Shown here: piece after piece, positions 23,910 to 31,838 of the stretch
Layout: every line of letters begins with the position of its first letter
How positions within the stretch are numbered: position 1 is the first letter of the stretch
Assembly: GCA_947446835.1 (NCBI GenBank)
Contig: CANFHS010000001.1
Span: 1 to 32,157 of the forward strand
Reading direction: 5' to 3'
Origin: Bacteriovoracaceae bacterium
GTDB taxonomy: Bacteria > Bdellovibrionota > UBA1018
Length of the DNA stretch: 32,157 nucleotides
The notes under the pieces: generated by a model
Database searches by the model: none
Seen by the model: only the letters and a program-made list of their open reading frames with translations
Told to the model about the DNA's origin: nothing
Made by a program: the position numbers and the translations under genes

Positions 23910-26813
23910 ATGTCTACAGAACTGATCATCAATGCGTCGCTGCCGGAAACCCGGATCGCGCTGACCGAAAACGGCGAAATCCAGGAGCTGCTCATCGAGC
24001 GGGCTTCGGGAAAAGGAATCGTCGGCAACATCTACAAAGGCCGCGTGACCCGGGTGCTCCCGGGGATGCAGGCCGCTTTCGTCGATATCGGCCTTGAAAA
24101 GGCCGCCTTCCTCTACGTCGACGATGTGTATGTCCATTCCGAGATCTGGGAAGAGGAAGAAGGCGCCAGCGAAGATGCCCAGGCGGTTCCGGTCCTGACC
24201 GGAGGCGAGCAGGCCGTGGTCGCCGAGAACGTGGCCGAAGCCGCGGCTTCCGGGCACGAGCAGGCTCCGGCGGCCGAAGCAGGCGCTTCCGACCTGGACG
24301 AAGCCGCCGCCCGGGAACACCTGGATGATCTGGGTGAGGAGCAGGAAGAGTTCGAAGACGAAGACGAAGACGAGGACGAGGACGAGATCCCCGGAGACCC
24401 GTCGGACGATGAAGACGACGAGGACGAGGACGGTCCCGAGAGCATGGGCGCTGATCCCGGCGACGGGGGCGAAGGCCAGGGCGGTGGCGAGCGGCCCGCC
24501 GGCACCGTGTCGGCCGCGGGCGAAGGCTCCGGCGAAGCGGGCAACGGGGGTGGAGGCGATGGACGTCGCCGGCATCGCCGCGGCCGTCGTGGAGGCCGCA
24601 ACCGGCGCCGCGGGCAGGGCCCGGGCCAGCAGCAGGCCGGCGCCGAGCCGGTGCGTGGCGGAGTGCCCGAGGGCGAACCGCTCATGGAGCCGGTCGATGA
24701 GGATTTTGGCGACGAGCGCGAGAGCGATCGCACGGCGCTGAGCGCCGGAGGCCAGGAAGATTTCGAGGAAGGCGAGTCCAACCGTCCGGTCGGCACGTCG
24801 ACCGAAGGCACGGGTTCGTCGCTTGCGGCGCCGGGCGCGGTCCAGGTCGTGGGCAAGGCACGCCGCCCCGAGTTCCGCGAGCAGCGGGACCGCAGCCGCC
24901 GGATCAAGGCCAAGCCGGCGCAGAAGCCGGTCCGTGGCCAGGCCAAGATCGAGGAGCTGCTGAAGGAAGGCCAGGAAGTCCTGGTCCAGGTGGCCAAGGA
25001 CCCGATCTCGAGCAAGGGCGCGCGCCTGACCTGCCATATCTCGCTCCCGGGCCGTCATCTGGTGTGCATGCCCACCATCGATCACGTCGGGGTTTCCCGC
25101 CGCATCGACAACGACGGGGAACGGCGCAAGCTCCGCGAGTTCGTGGAGCGCAACCGGACCCGCAAGCTGGGCTTCATTGTCCGCACCGCCAGCGGCAAGA
25201 ACAACGCCGAGAAGCGCATCAAGCAGGACATCGACTACCTGACCCGCCTGTGGGAGCAGATCCGCGAGAAGTCGGCGACCGTCTCGGCGCCCGCGCTCGT
25301 GTACGAGGACCTGAACTCGGTGCTGCGCTCGATCCGCGACTGGGTCAGCGAGGAGATCGACAAGATCCTGGTGGATTCCCGCTACCACTACAACGAGATC
25401 CTGCGCTTCGTGTCGCACTTCATGCCTTCGCTGAAGCCGAAGGTCGAGCTGTACCACGGCGACCTGCCCATCTTTGACGCCTTCGGCATCTCGAGCGAGC
25501 TGGCTCGTGCCCTGGAACGCAAGGTGTGGCTGAAGTCGGGCGGCTACATCGTGGTGGACCAGGCCGAAGCCCTGGTGGCCATCGACGTGAACACCGGCCG
25601 CTACGTGGGCAAGAAGAACCTCGAGGACACCATCCTCAAGACCAACCTCGAAGCCGTCCAGGAAATCGCCTACCAGCTGCGTCTCCGCAACTGCGGCGGC
25701 ATCATCATCCTCGACCTGATCGACATGGAGCGCGAGGAGAACAAGCGCCGCGTCTACCAGGCCCTGGAAGAGGCCTTGAAGAAGGACCGCGCCCGTCCGA
25801 CGATCCTCAAGATCTCGGAGCTGGGCCTGATCGAGATGACCCGCAAACGCACGCGCGACACCATCGTGCGCAGCCTTTGCGAGTCGTGCTCGCACTGCGA
25901 AGGCAAGGGCTACATCAAGTCCAAGCAGACCATCGCCTACGAGATCCTGCGGGACATCGAGCGCGAAGGGGTTGACGCCGACGTGGAGAAGATCCTGGTG
26001 CAGGCGCATCCGGACACGATCGATGCGCTGGCGGTGGACGAGCGCGAGACGCTCGACCAGCTGGAACGCCGCTACCGCAAGCAGATCTACCTGCAGGCCG
26101 TGGCCGACCATCATCCCGAACAGTACGAGATCACCGGAGAGGTGCGTGAAGGCGCCACCCGTCGGACCGCCGCAAGCCAGTTCGGCCGCGAGCGGGATCG
26201 TGACCGGGGCCGTCGCCGTCGCAGTGGCGGCGGACGCAGTGGCGAGAAGAACGAGCAGCAGGAACGCTCGGAACGGCAGGGCCAGAACCGCGAGCGTGGT
26301 GGCCGTGACCGGGACGGCGGGCGGGACCGCGACCGCGAAGGCGGTCGTGAGGGCGGACGCGACCGGAATCGGGATCGCGACCGGGACCGGGACCGCGACC
26401 GGCAGCCGCAGAAGGAACGGGTGCAAGTGAAACCTCCAGTGGTGCTGTCCAAGCCGGGTCTGGGCGCGGAAGGCGCCCACTCGGACGAGGATCGCCTGGC
26501 GCTCATGCGCGCCCAGGCGGCCCAGGACGCGGCGCTGGCGGGGATCACTCCCAGCGGCGAGCAGTCCGCGGAAACTTCCGAGGAAGGTCGCGAAGGCGGC
26601 CAGGCCGGACAGGGCAACGAGGAAGTGCGCCGCCGCCGCCGCCGTCGTCGCGGGGGCCGCGGTCGTCGCCGTCGGGGCAACGAGCCGGGCCAAGGCGTCC
26701 AGGCCGGAGAAGCCGGCCCGGGTGGAGACTCGGACTCGGGCGAAGGTGATTCCGGCGGAGGCGACTCCGAAGGTGGAGGCGGCGACCGCTCGGAGCCGCC
26801 AACGAATCCCTGA
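23910..26813 (+). CDS. rne: Ribonuclease E (Rne/Rng family) with a large low-complexity insertion in the S1 domain and a disordered C-terminal tail
   Basis: NIYKGRVTRVLPGMQAAFVDIG (S1), GQEVLVQVAKDPISSKGARLTCHISLPGRHLVCMP, IVVDQAEALVAIDVNTG, NCGGIIILDLIDM, and the Zn-link CSHCEGKGY. Strong ribosome-binding site upstream. Confidence 0.92.
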   Translation: MSTELIINASLPETRIALTENGEIQELLIERASGKGIVGNIYKGRVTRVLPGMQAAFVDIGLEKAAFLYVDDVYVHSEIWEEEEGASEDAQAVPVLTGGEQAVVAENVAEAAASGHEQAPAAEAGASDLDEAAAREHLDDLGEEQEEFEDEDEDEDEDEIPGDPSDDEDDEDEDGPESMGADPGDGGEGQGGGERPAGTVSAAGEGSGEAGNGGGGDGRRRHRRGRRGGRNRRRGQGPGQQQAGAEPVRGGVPEGEPLMEPVDEDFGDERESDRTALSAGGQEDFEEGESNRPVGTSTEGTGSSLAAPGAVQVVGKARRPEFREQRDRSRRIKAKPAQKPVRGQAKIEELLKEGQEVLVQVAKDPISSKGARLTCHISLPGRHLVCMPTIDHVGVSRRIDNDGERRKLREFVERNRTRKLGFIVRTASGKNNAEKRIKQDIDYLTRLWEQIREKSATVSAPALVYEDLNSVLRSIRDWVSEEIDKILVDSRYHYNEILRFVSHFMPSLKPKVELYHGDLPIFDAFGISSELARALERKVWLKSGGYIVVDQAEALVAIDVNTGRYVGKKNLEDTILKTNLEAVQEIAYQLRLRNCGGIIILDLIDMEREENKRRVYQALEEALKKDRARPTILKISELGLIEMTRKRTRDTIVRSLCESCSHCEGKGYIKSKQTIAYEILRDIEREGVDADVEKILVQAHPDTIDALAVDERETLDQLERRYRKQIYLQAVADHHPEQYEITGEVREGATRRTAASQFGRERDRDRGRRRRSGGGRSGEKNEQQERSERQGQNRERGGRDRDGGRDRDREGGREGGRDRNRDRDRDRDRDRQPQKERVQVKPPVVLSKPGLGAEGAHSDEDRLALMRAQAAQDAALAGITPSGEQSAETSEEGREGGQAGQGNEEVRRRRRRRRGGRGRRRRGNEPGQGVQAGEAGPGGDSDSGEGDSGGGDSEGGGGDRSEPPTNP
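24336..24431 (+). repeat. In-frame GAR/GAY codon run (Asp/Glu tract EEQEEFEDEDEDEDEDE...DDEDDEDED) inside rne
   Basis: Direct reading: gaagacgaagacgaagacgaggacgaggacgag ... gatgaagacgacgaggacgaggac. Confidence 0.85.
26187..26402 (+). repeat. In-frame Arg-Asp dipeptide repeat region (RERDRDRGRRRR ... GGRDRDGGRDRDRE ... RDRNRDRDRDRDRDR) inside rne
   Basis: Direct reading of CGN-GAY codon repeats, e.g. cgcgaccggaatcgggatcgcgaccgggaccgggaccgcgaccgg. Confidence 0.85.
26628..26675 (+). repeat. In-frame poly-arginine codon run (RRRRRRRRGGRGRRRR) inside rne
   Basis: cgc cgc cgc cgc cgc cgt cgt cgc ggg ggc cgc ggt cgt cgc cgt cgg, read in the rne frame. Confidence 0.85.
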
Positions 26814-26823
26814 AGCGTCATCC

Positions 26824-27837
26824 ATGACCTCGACTTTCAAGCTGAGGATCGGTGTTCCCCGTTCCGTCGACGTCGATGGACGTCGACTGGAGCGGGAGGA
26901 TTTCTACTCCTGGCTCTGGGAAGAGCTCCAGGAAGAGGCGGGCCTGCTGGGTGTCCACGAGGGCACCCTTCTGGCCGAGGAGGCCCACGAGCAGGGCTTC
27001 GAGACCGAGTCCTTCACGGTCGATGCGGGCGAAGCACCGCGCGAGCGTGACTGGATCGGAAGCCAGTCCCTAGCTGATGTGGAGCTCTATTTTTCGGCAG
27101 GCGACCTGGCCCGCCTGGCCTCGGGTCGCCTGGCGCGGATCCCTGGCCTGGTGATCCATCGGGACATCGAAGAGGTGTTGCCCCAGGACTGGGATGCCCA
27201 GTGGAAGGCGTCCTTCCAGGGCATCGAATTGCCTCCGTACTGGCGCGTCCTGCCTCCCTGGGTCGAGGTCACCGAAGGTGCGCACCCCCAGGGCTTCGAG
27301 CATGCGCCCGCGGGCTTTCCGCGGGTGCTGCGCCTGAATCCTGGAGCGGGCTTCGGCACCGGCACGCACGAGACCACCCAGCTTTGCCTGGAGCATCTGG
27401 CCGAGCTGGCCGCCCGGAGCGGCGGCTCCCTGCAGGGCCTGCGTGCCCTGGACTTTGGCAGTGGCTCGGGAATCCTTTCCATCGGCGCGGCCCTCCTGGG
27501 CGCCCAGGTCGACGCGGTCGAGATCGACCCGCTGGCCAACGAGAACGCGCTGGAAAATGCGCGGATGAACGGGGTGGAGGATCGCGTCCACATTTTCGAG
27601 CGTCTGCCCGCTCCCGGTGAATCCTACCCGGTGGTGGTGGCCAATATCCTCAAACCGGTGCTGCTCGAATTTGCGGGCGAGCTGGTGGGACGGCTGCCGC
27701 GCGTGGGAGGTTCCCTGATCCTCTCGGGCCTGGTGGAAGCCGATGTGGAGCCCATCACGCGGGCGTTCAGCCCGCTCCTGGGTGGACGGCTTCCCGATGT
27801 GCGCGCCCGGGGCGATTGGCGGGCGCTGCGCTGGTGA
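26824..27837 (+). CDS. prmA: Ribosomal protein L11 methyltransferase
   Basis: LRLNPGAGFGTGTHETTQLCLEHL, the SAM motif LDFGSGSGILSIGAALLGA and VVANIL. Start placed at MTSTFK (26824), 10 nt after the rne stop; the track ORF start at 26722 overlaps rne. Confidence 0.88.
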   Translation: MTSTFKLRIGVPRSVDVDGRRLEREDFYSWLWEELQEEAGLLGVHEGTLLAEEAHEQGFETESFTVDAGEAPRERDWIGSQSLADVELYFSAGDLARLASGRLARIPGLVIHRDIEEVLPQDWDAQWKASFQGIELPPYWRVLPPWVEVTEGAHPQGFEHAPAGFPRVLRLNPGAGFGTGTHETTQLCLEHLAELAARSGGSLQGLRALDFGSGSGILSIGAALLGAQVDAVEIDPLANENALENARMNGVEDRVHIFERLPAPGESYPVVVANILKPVLLEFAGELVGRLPRVGGSLILSGLVEADVEPITRAFSPLLGGRLPDVRARGDWRALRW

Positions 27838-27855
27838 GGTCCCGGCCGGGGCCGC

Positions 27856-28854
27856 TCAGCCCAGCTGGTGACGGTACCAGTCGATCGTGGACTTGAGGCC
27901 CTCGTCAAAGCCGAAGCGGGGCTTCCAGCCCAGTTCGCGGACCGCCTTGTCGCTGTTCAGGCACTGGACCGGAATCTCGTTGGTGGCCTGGTTCTGGACC
28001 ACGGGCTTCAGATCCTCGCGGCCCATGGCTTTCAGGATGTGGGCCACCACGTCCTTGACGGTGAGCCGCAGTCCGTAGCTGAAGTTGAACGCTTCGCCCG
28101 AAAATTTGCCGCCTACCATGGCCTGCGCCAGCGTCAGGTACGCGTGCGCGCCGTCCTCGGCGTAGATGTAGTCGCGGATGAACTCGCCATTGGAGCGGAT
28201 GACGGGTGCGCGGTTTTCGAGCACGTCGCGGACGGTGCCCGGGATGATGCGGTTGTAGTTCAGGTCGCCCGGGCCGAAGAAGTTTCCGCAGCGGGTGACG
28301 GCCACCGGTACCCCGTAGCTCACGCTGTAGGCGCGCGAAATGAGATCGGCGCAGGACTTGGACACGTCGTAGGGGTGCTCGCCCCGGAGCGGAAAGCCTT
28401 CGTCATAGGCTTGGCCTTCGAGATTTCCGTAGGCCTTGTCGCTCGATGCGATGAGCACGCGCTTGACCTTGCCGGAGTGCAGCCGGCAAGCCTCGAGCAG
28501 GTTCCAGGTGCCTTCGATGTTGGCGCGGAAGGTCGCCACGGGGCTCCGGTTGGCCGCCCCCACGATGGTCTGGGCGCCCAGATGGAACACGGTGTCGATC
28601 TCGTACTCGTTGATGGCGCGCTCCAGGACCTGGAAGTTCTCAAGCTCTCCCCGGACGGTGGTCACCCTCTGGCTGAGGTTCCAGGCGGGATCCGGGCTCC
28701 AGAACAGGGACCGTGGCACCGAGTCGCGCACCAGGGCCACGACATCGGCCCCCTGGTCGACCAGCAGGCGGGTCAGGTGGGAGCCGAGCAGTCCCGTGGC
28801 GCCGGTGATGAAAACCCGGGAGCCGCGCCAGGACGAGTTCTTGGATGGGGTCAT
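27856..28854 (-). CDS. Extended-SDR NAD-dependent sugar-nucleotide dehydratase, CDP-glucose 4,6-dehydratase-like
   Basis: VFITGATGLLGSHL Rossmann motif. SSDKAYG and HPYDVSKSCADL (S...YxxxK) resemble the RfbG TSDKCY / PYSNSKGCAEL motifs. ATGA overlap with the upstream GT2 gene. rfbF lies nearby. Confidence 0.75.
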   Translation of the reverse strand: MTPSKNSSWRGSRVFITGATGLLGSHLTRLLVDQGADVVALVRDSVPRSLFWSPDPAWNLSQRVTTVRGELENFQVLERAINEYEIDTVFHLGAQTIVGAANRSPVATFRANIEGTWNLLEACRLHSGKVKRVLIASSDKAYGNLEGQAYDEGFPLRGEHPYDVSKSCADLISRAYSVSYGVPVAVTRCGNFFGPGDLNYNRIIPGTVRDVLENRAPVIRSNGEFIRDYIYAEDGAHAYLTLAQAMVGGKFSGEAFNFSYGLRLTVKDVVAHILKAMGREDLKPVVQNQATNEIPVQCLNSDKAVRELGWKPRFGFDEGLKSTIDWYRHQLG

Positions 28855-29807
28855 GGGTGGTTGGCCTCCGTGGAAAACCCGATCCGTTCGCGCTCGATGA
28901 CGAGCGGGCGGCGCAGGACCTGCGTATAAATGGCACCAATGTATTCGCCGATGATGCCGATGAAGAAGAGCTGGATCGACGCGAAGAAGAACATGCCGAC
29001 CAGGATGGGGGCCCGGCCCAGCTCGAAGCTGTTCCACCAGAGGAGCTTGGCCACGAGGTAGCCGATCGCCACGAGCAGGCTCAACGAGCCCAGCGTGAAT
29101 CCGAAGAACGCCGCCACCCGGAGCGGGATCTTGGAGTGGTGGGTGATGCCGGTCATGGCCATGTCGTAGAGCGTGTAGAAGTTGTTCGACGAGAGGCCCC
29201 GCTTGCGATTGGGCTGCTTGAACTTCACCGTGCCGATCTCGTAGCCCAGGTCGGCCACCAGACCCCGGAAGTAGGGGTAGGAGGTTTCGATGGTGCGGAG
29301 CGTCCGGATGACCTGCTGGTCATAGAGGCCCGAGCCGGTGGCATTCTTGATCAGCCGGATTTCGGAGAGGCGGTTGATGAAGCTGTAAAAGGTGCTGCGG
29401 ACCGCGAAGAAGAGCGGTGATTCCTCGGCCTGGTTCTTGACCAGCAGGACCACCGGCTTGCCCTCTTCCCATTGCTGGAGGAGCTCGGGAATCAGCTCGG
29501 GGGGGTCCTGCAGGTCGGAGGCCATGAGGATGGCCGCGTCGCACTCGGCCTGGAGCAGCCCGTAGTAGGGCGAGCGGATGTGACCGAAGTTCCGCAGGTT
29601 GACGATGGCTTTGACGTGTTCCGGGTCCTGGGCTGCCAGCCTGCGGATTTCGCGCACCGTGCCGTCGCTGGAGGCGTTGTCGATGAACAGGTGGGTGTAC
29701 TGGTACCGGCTGCCGAGCTTCTCGAAAACCTCCCGGATGCGTTGGTGCAGCTCGTGGACGTTTTCTTCCTCGTTGTAGCAGGGGGTGACGACCCAGATTC
29801 GCTTCAT
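28851..29807 (-). CDS. Family-2 glycosyltransferase of the polyprenyl-phosphate sugar transferase type (GtrB/ArnC/DPM1-like)
   Basis: VVTPCYNEEENV, IDNASSDGT and MASDLQDPPELIPELL (DxD/QDPPE motif), plus two C-terminal hydrophobic helices (AAFFGFTLGSLSLLVAIGYLV; ILVGMFFFASIQLFFIGIIGEYI). Confidence 0.88.
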   Translation of the reverse strand: MKRIWVVTPCYNEEENVHELHQRIREVFEKLGSRYQYTHLFIDNASSDGTVREIRRLAAQDPEHVKAIVNLRNFGHIRSPYYGLLQAECDAAILMASDLQDPPELIPELLQQWEEGKPVVLLVKNQAEESPLFFAVRSTFYSFINRLSEIRLIKNATGSGLYDQQVIRTLRTIETSYPYFRGLVADLGYEIGTVKFKQPNRKRGLSSNNFYTLYDMAMTGITHHSKIPLRVAAFFGFTLGSLSLLVAIGYLVAKLLWWNSFELGRAPILVGMFFFASIQLFFIGIIGEYIGAIYTQVLRRPLVIERERIGFSTEANHP

Positions 29808-29905
29808 CGTGGCTTCAGAAGATAGTGCCCCGGTCTGGTCGGCGCCACCTTAAAAGCGAGGGCCCGCACTTGGCGGCCGGCGGATTTTGGTGCTACTTTT
29901 TGAAA

Positions 29906-30733
29906 ATGGAACCCAAGAATGTCCCGGTTTTCATCCTGGCTGGCGGCATGGGCACGCGGATTTCCGAGGAAACCTCGGTCCGGCCCAAGCCCATGATCGA
30001 GGTCGGCGACATCCCCATCCTGCTGCACCTGATGCGCTACTATTACAGCTGGGGTTTCAATGATTTCGTGATCTGCGCGGGCTATCGCGCCTGGGACATC
30101 AAGCAGTACTTCCTGGATTACGAGTTCCGTCCCAATCACCTCCAGATCGACCACCGGGCCGACACCGCTGCCGGGCCCCGGCCTTTCGGCAAGAGCGCCG
30201 CGCAGGAGCGCTGGCGGGTCCGCGTGATCGACACCGGCCTGGAGACCATGACGGGCGCCCGCGTGGCCCGCGCCTTCGACCTGGTCCAGGCGGCCGAGCC
30301 TTTCGAGAACTTTGCCGTGACCTATGGCGACGGCCTGGCGGACGTGGATCTGGGGGCGGAGCTGGCGTTCCACGAGAAGCACGGCAAGCTCGGCACGATG
30401 CTCGGCGTGAGGCCGACCGCGCGTTTCGGCGAGCTGGAAGTGGGCGCGGACGGACGGGTTTCGAGCTTCCTGGAGAAACCCGAATTCAAGCAGTCGCTCG
30501 TGAACGGCGGCTACCTGATGTTCCGCAAGGAGTTCCGTGGCTACCTGTCGACGGAGTCTTCCTGCGTCCTGGAACGGGCCCCCCTGGCCAAGCTGGCCTC
30601 GGATCAGCAGCTCATGATGTTCCGGCACGAAGGCTTCTGGAAGCCCATGGACACGCTCCGCGACAAGATCGAGCTGCAGGCCGTTTGGGACTCGGGCAAG
30701 GCGCCCTGGCTCAGGACCGCCGAGGCGCGCTGA
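29906..30733 (+). CDS. rfbF: Glucose-1-phosphate cytidylyltransferase
   Basis: VFILAGGMGTRISEETSVRPKPMIEVGDIPILLHLMRYYYSWGFNDFVICAGYRAWDIKQYFLDY is the RfbF signature, and GFWKPMDTLRDK lies near the C-terminus. Start at MEPKN (29906); the upstream 27 codons of the track ORF are not conserved-looking. Confidence 0.9.
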   Translation: MEPKNVPVFILAGGMGTRISEETSVRPKPMIEVGDIPILLHLMRYYYSWGFNDFVICAGYRAWDIKQYFLDYEFRPNHLQIDHRADTAAGPRPFGKSAAQERWRVRVIDTGLETMTGARVARAFDLVQAAEPFENFAVTYGDGLADVDLGAELAFHEKHGKLGTMLGVRPTARFGELEVGADGRVSSFLEKPEFKQSLVNGGYLMFRKEFRGYLSTESSCVLERAPLAKLASDQQLMMFRHEGFWKPMDTLRDKIELQAVWDSGKAPWLRTAEAR

Positions 30734-31838
30734 GCGCTTGCTCGAGGTGCGCCAGCGGGTGAGGCCCCTGGCCCCAGCAGTCGTCGAACAGGCTGCGGAC
30801 GAAGCCTGCCTGGACGGCGTCCAGGGTGGGCGGGTTCCAGCGCGGATTCAGGTCCTTGTCGATGAGTCGGGCGCGGACCCCTTCCGGGAAGTCTCCCCGC
30901 TCGAAGCATTGGACGGAAAGGTTCATCTCCATGCGGAAGCAGTCCCCGAGGCTGAGAGTGCGCCCCTTTCGAAGCTGCTCCTGGATCAGCCAGGCGGAAG
31001 TCGGCGAGCCAGCCTTGAAGTTCGTGGCCGCTGAGGCCTTCCAGGGGTCGGACGACTGCGCCCAGGCCTTGAGCAGGCGGGCTGCCTCCAACGGGGTCTG
31101 GCTCTGCCCGATGCGAATCGCCTCAGGGAGGTGGGAACGCAGGGCGTCGGCTTGGAGCGTTTCGGGCGGGACGGCATGGCGTGCCACTTCGGCCAGGAGC
31201 AGGCCTTCGGCGTCCGTTTCCGGGGAGCTTGCGAAGGAACCCTGGAGCCCCGCAATCAGGCCCGGGAATTGGGTTGCCGGAACGAGGAAGTCCGCGAGCC
31301 CCAGCTCGACCGATGACCTTGCGTTGAGCCGGGCCGCGGTCCAGCCCAGGAATTCGCCCAGACCCAGGGGCAGACGGGACAGGAAGTAGCTGGCTCCCAC
31401 ATCCGGATAAAGACCGATGAGGATCTCGGGCATGCCGAGCTGGGCATCGGTCGAAAGGACCCGGATCTTGGCTCCCGACAGCAGGCCTAGTCCGCCACCC
31501 AGCACCAGCCCGTGGGCCAGGACCAGGATGGGCTTGGGATAAACATGGATCAGGTAGTCGGTCGTGTATTCGTTGAAGAAGAAGTCGCGCGTGTAGCTGG
31601 AGCCCATGTCCAGCTTCGACAGGGCGACCTTCTTGACGTCGCCTCCGGCGCAGAACGACTTGGCTCCCTCGCCGCGGAGGACCACGGCGCGCACCGAAGG
31701 ATCGTGCGCCCAGGCCTGGAGGCACGTGCGAAGTTCGCGCACCATGGGCAGGCTGAGCGCGTTCAAGGTCTGGGGCGAATCGAGGATGAGGATTGCCAAG
31801 CCGCCCGGGTGGAGCTCGCTGCGGACGCCGGTGTTCAT
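30711..31838 (-). CDS. Enoyl-CoA hydratase/isomerase family protein, 3-hydroxyisobutyryl-CoA hydrolase-like (ECH_2)
   Basis: LNALSLPMV...SFCAGGDVK...FFNEYTTDYLIHVYPKPILVLAHGLVLGGGLGLLSGAKIRVLSTDAQLGMPEILIGLYPDVGASYFLSRLP is typical of HIBCH-type crotonase proteins, and the length (375 aa) fits. Confidence 0.85.
   Translation of the reverse strand: MNTGVRSELHPGGLAILILDSPQTLNALSLPMVRELRTCLQAWAHDPSVRAVVLRGEGAKSFCAGGDVKKVALSKLDMGSSYTRDFFFNEYTTDYLIHVYPKPILVLAHGLVLGGGLGLLSGAKIRVLSTDAQLGMPEILIGLYPDVGASYFLSRLPLGLGEFLGWTAARLNARSSVELGLADFLVPATQFPGLIAGLQGSFASSPETDAEGLLLAEVARHAVPPETLQADALRSHLPEAIRIGQSQTPLEAARLLKAWAQSSDPWKASAATNFKAGSPTSAWLIQEQLRKGRTLSLGDCFRMEMNLSVQCFERGDFPEGVRARLIDKDLNPRWNPPTLDAVQAGFVRSLFDDCWGQGPHPLAHLEQALSAPRRS

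Noticed and set aside
23367-24097. Several 76-211-aa ORFs on both strands inside the deoC-rne spacer (23367-23651, 23381-23611, 23415-23897, 23443-23763, 23462-24097)
   Set aside because: They are mutually overlapping, have no ribosome-binding sites and no coding-like third-position bias that I could see, and their translations are Arg/Ser/Pro/Gly-rich. The region is better explained as a structured leader or regulatory DNA. A very small ORF cannot be excluded.
24336-26675. Short tandem DNA repeats that might suggest a CRISPR array, minisatellite or contingency locus
   Set aside because: They are in-frame codon repeats (GAR/GAY, CGN-GAY and CGN runs) inside rne that encode low-complexity protein. 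There is no repeat-spacer periodicity of 25-40 nt.
23760-26840. 1026-aa ORF on the minus strand covering the whole rne gene
   Set aside because: It is exactly antisense to a gene with unambiguous RNase E motifs. Its translation is Ala/Gly/Arg/Leu-rich with no motifs. Long stop-free antisense frames are expected in GC-rich DNA.
27838-27855. CCCGGCCGGG palindrome between the convergent prmA and SDR genes as a terminator
   Set aside because: The stem has essentially no loop and no flanking T tract. It cannot be called a terminator from sequence alone.
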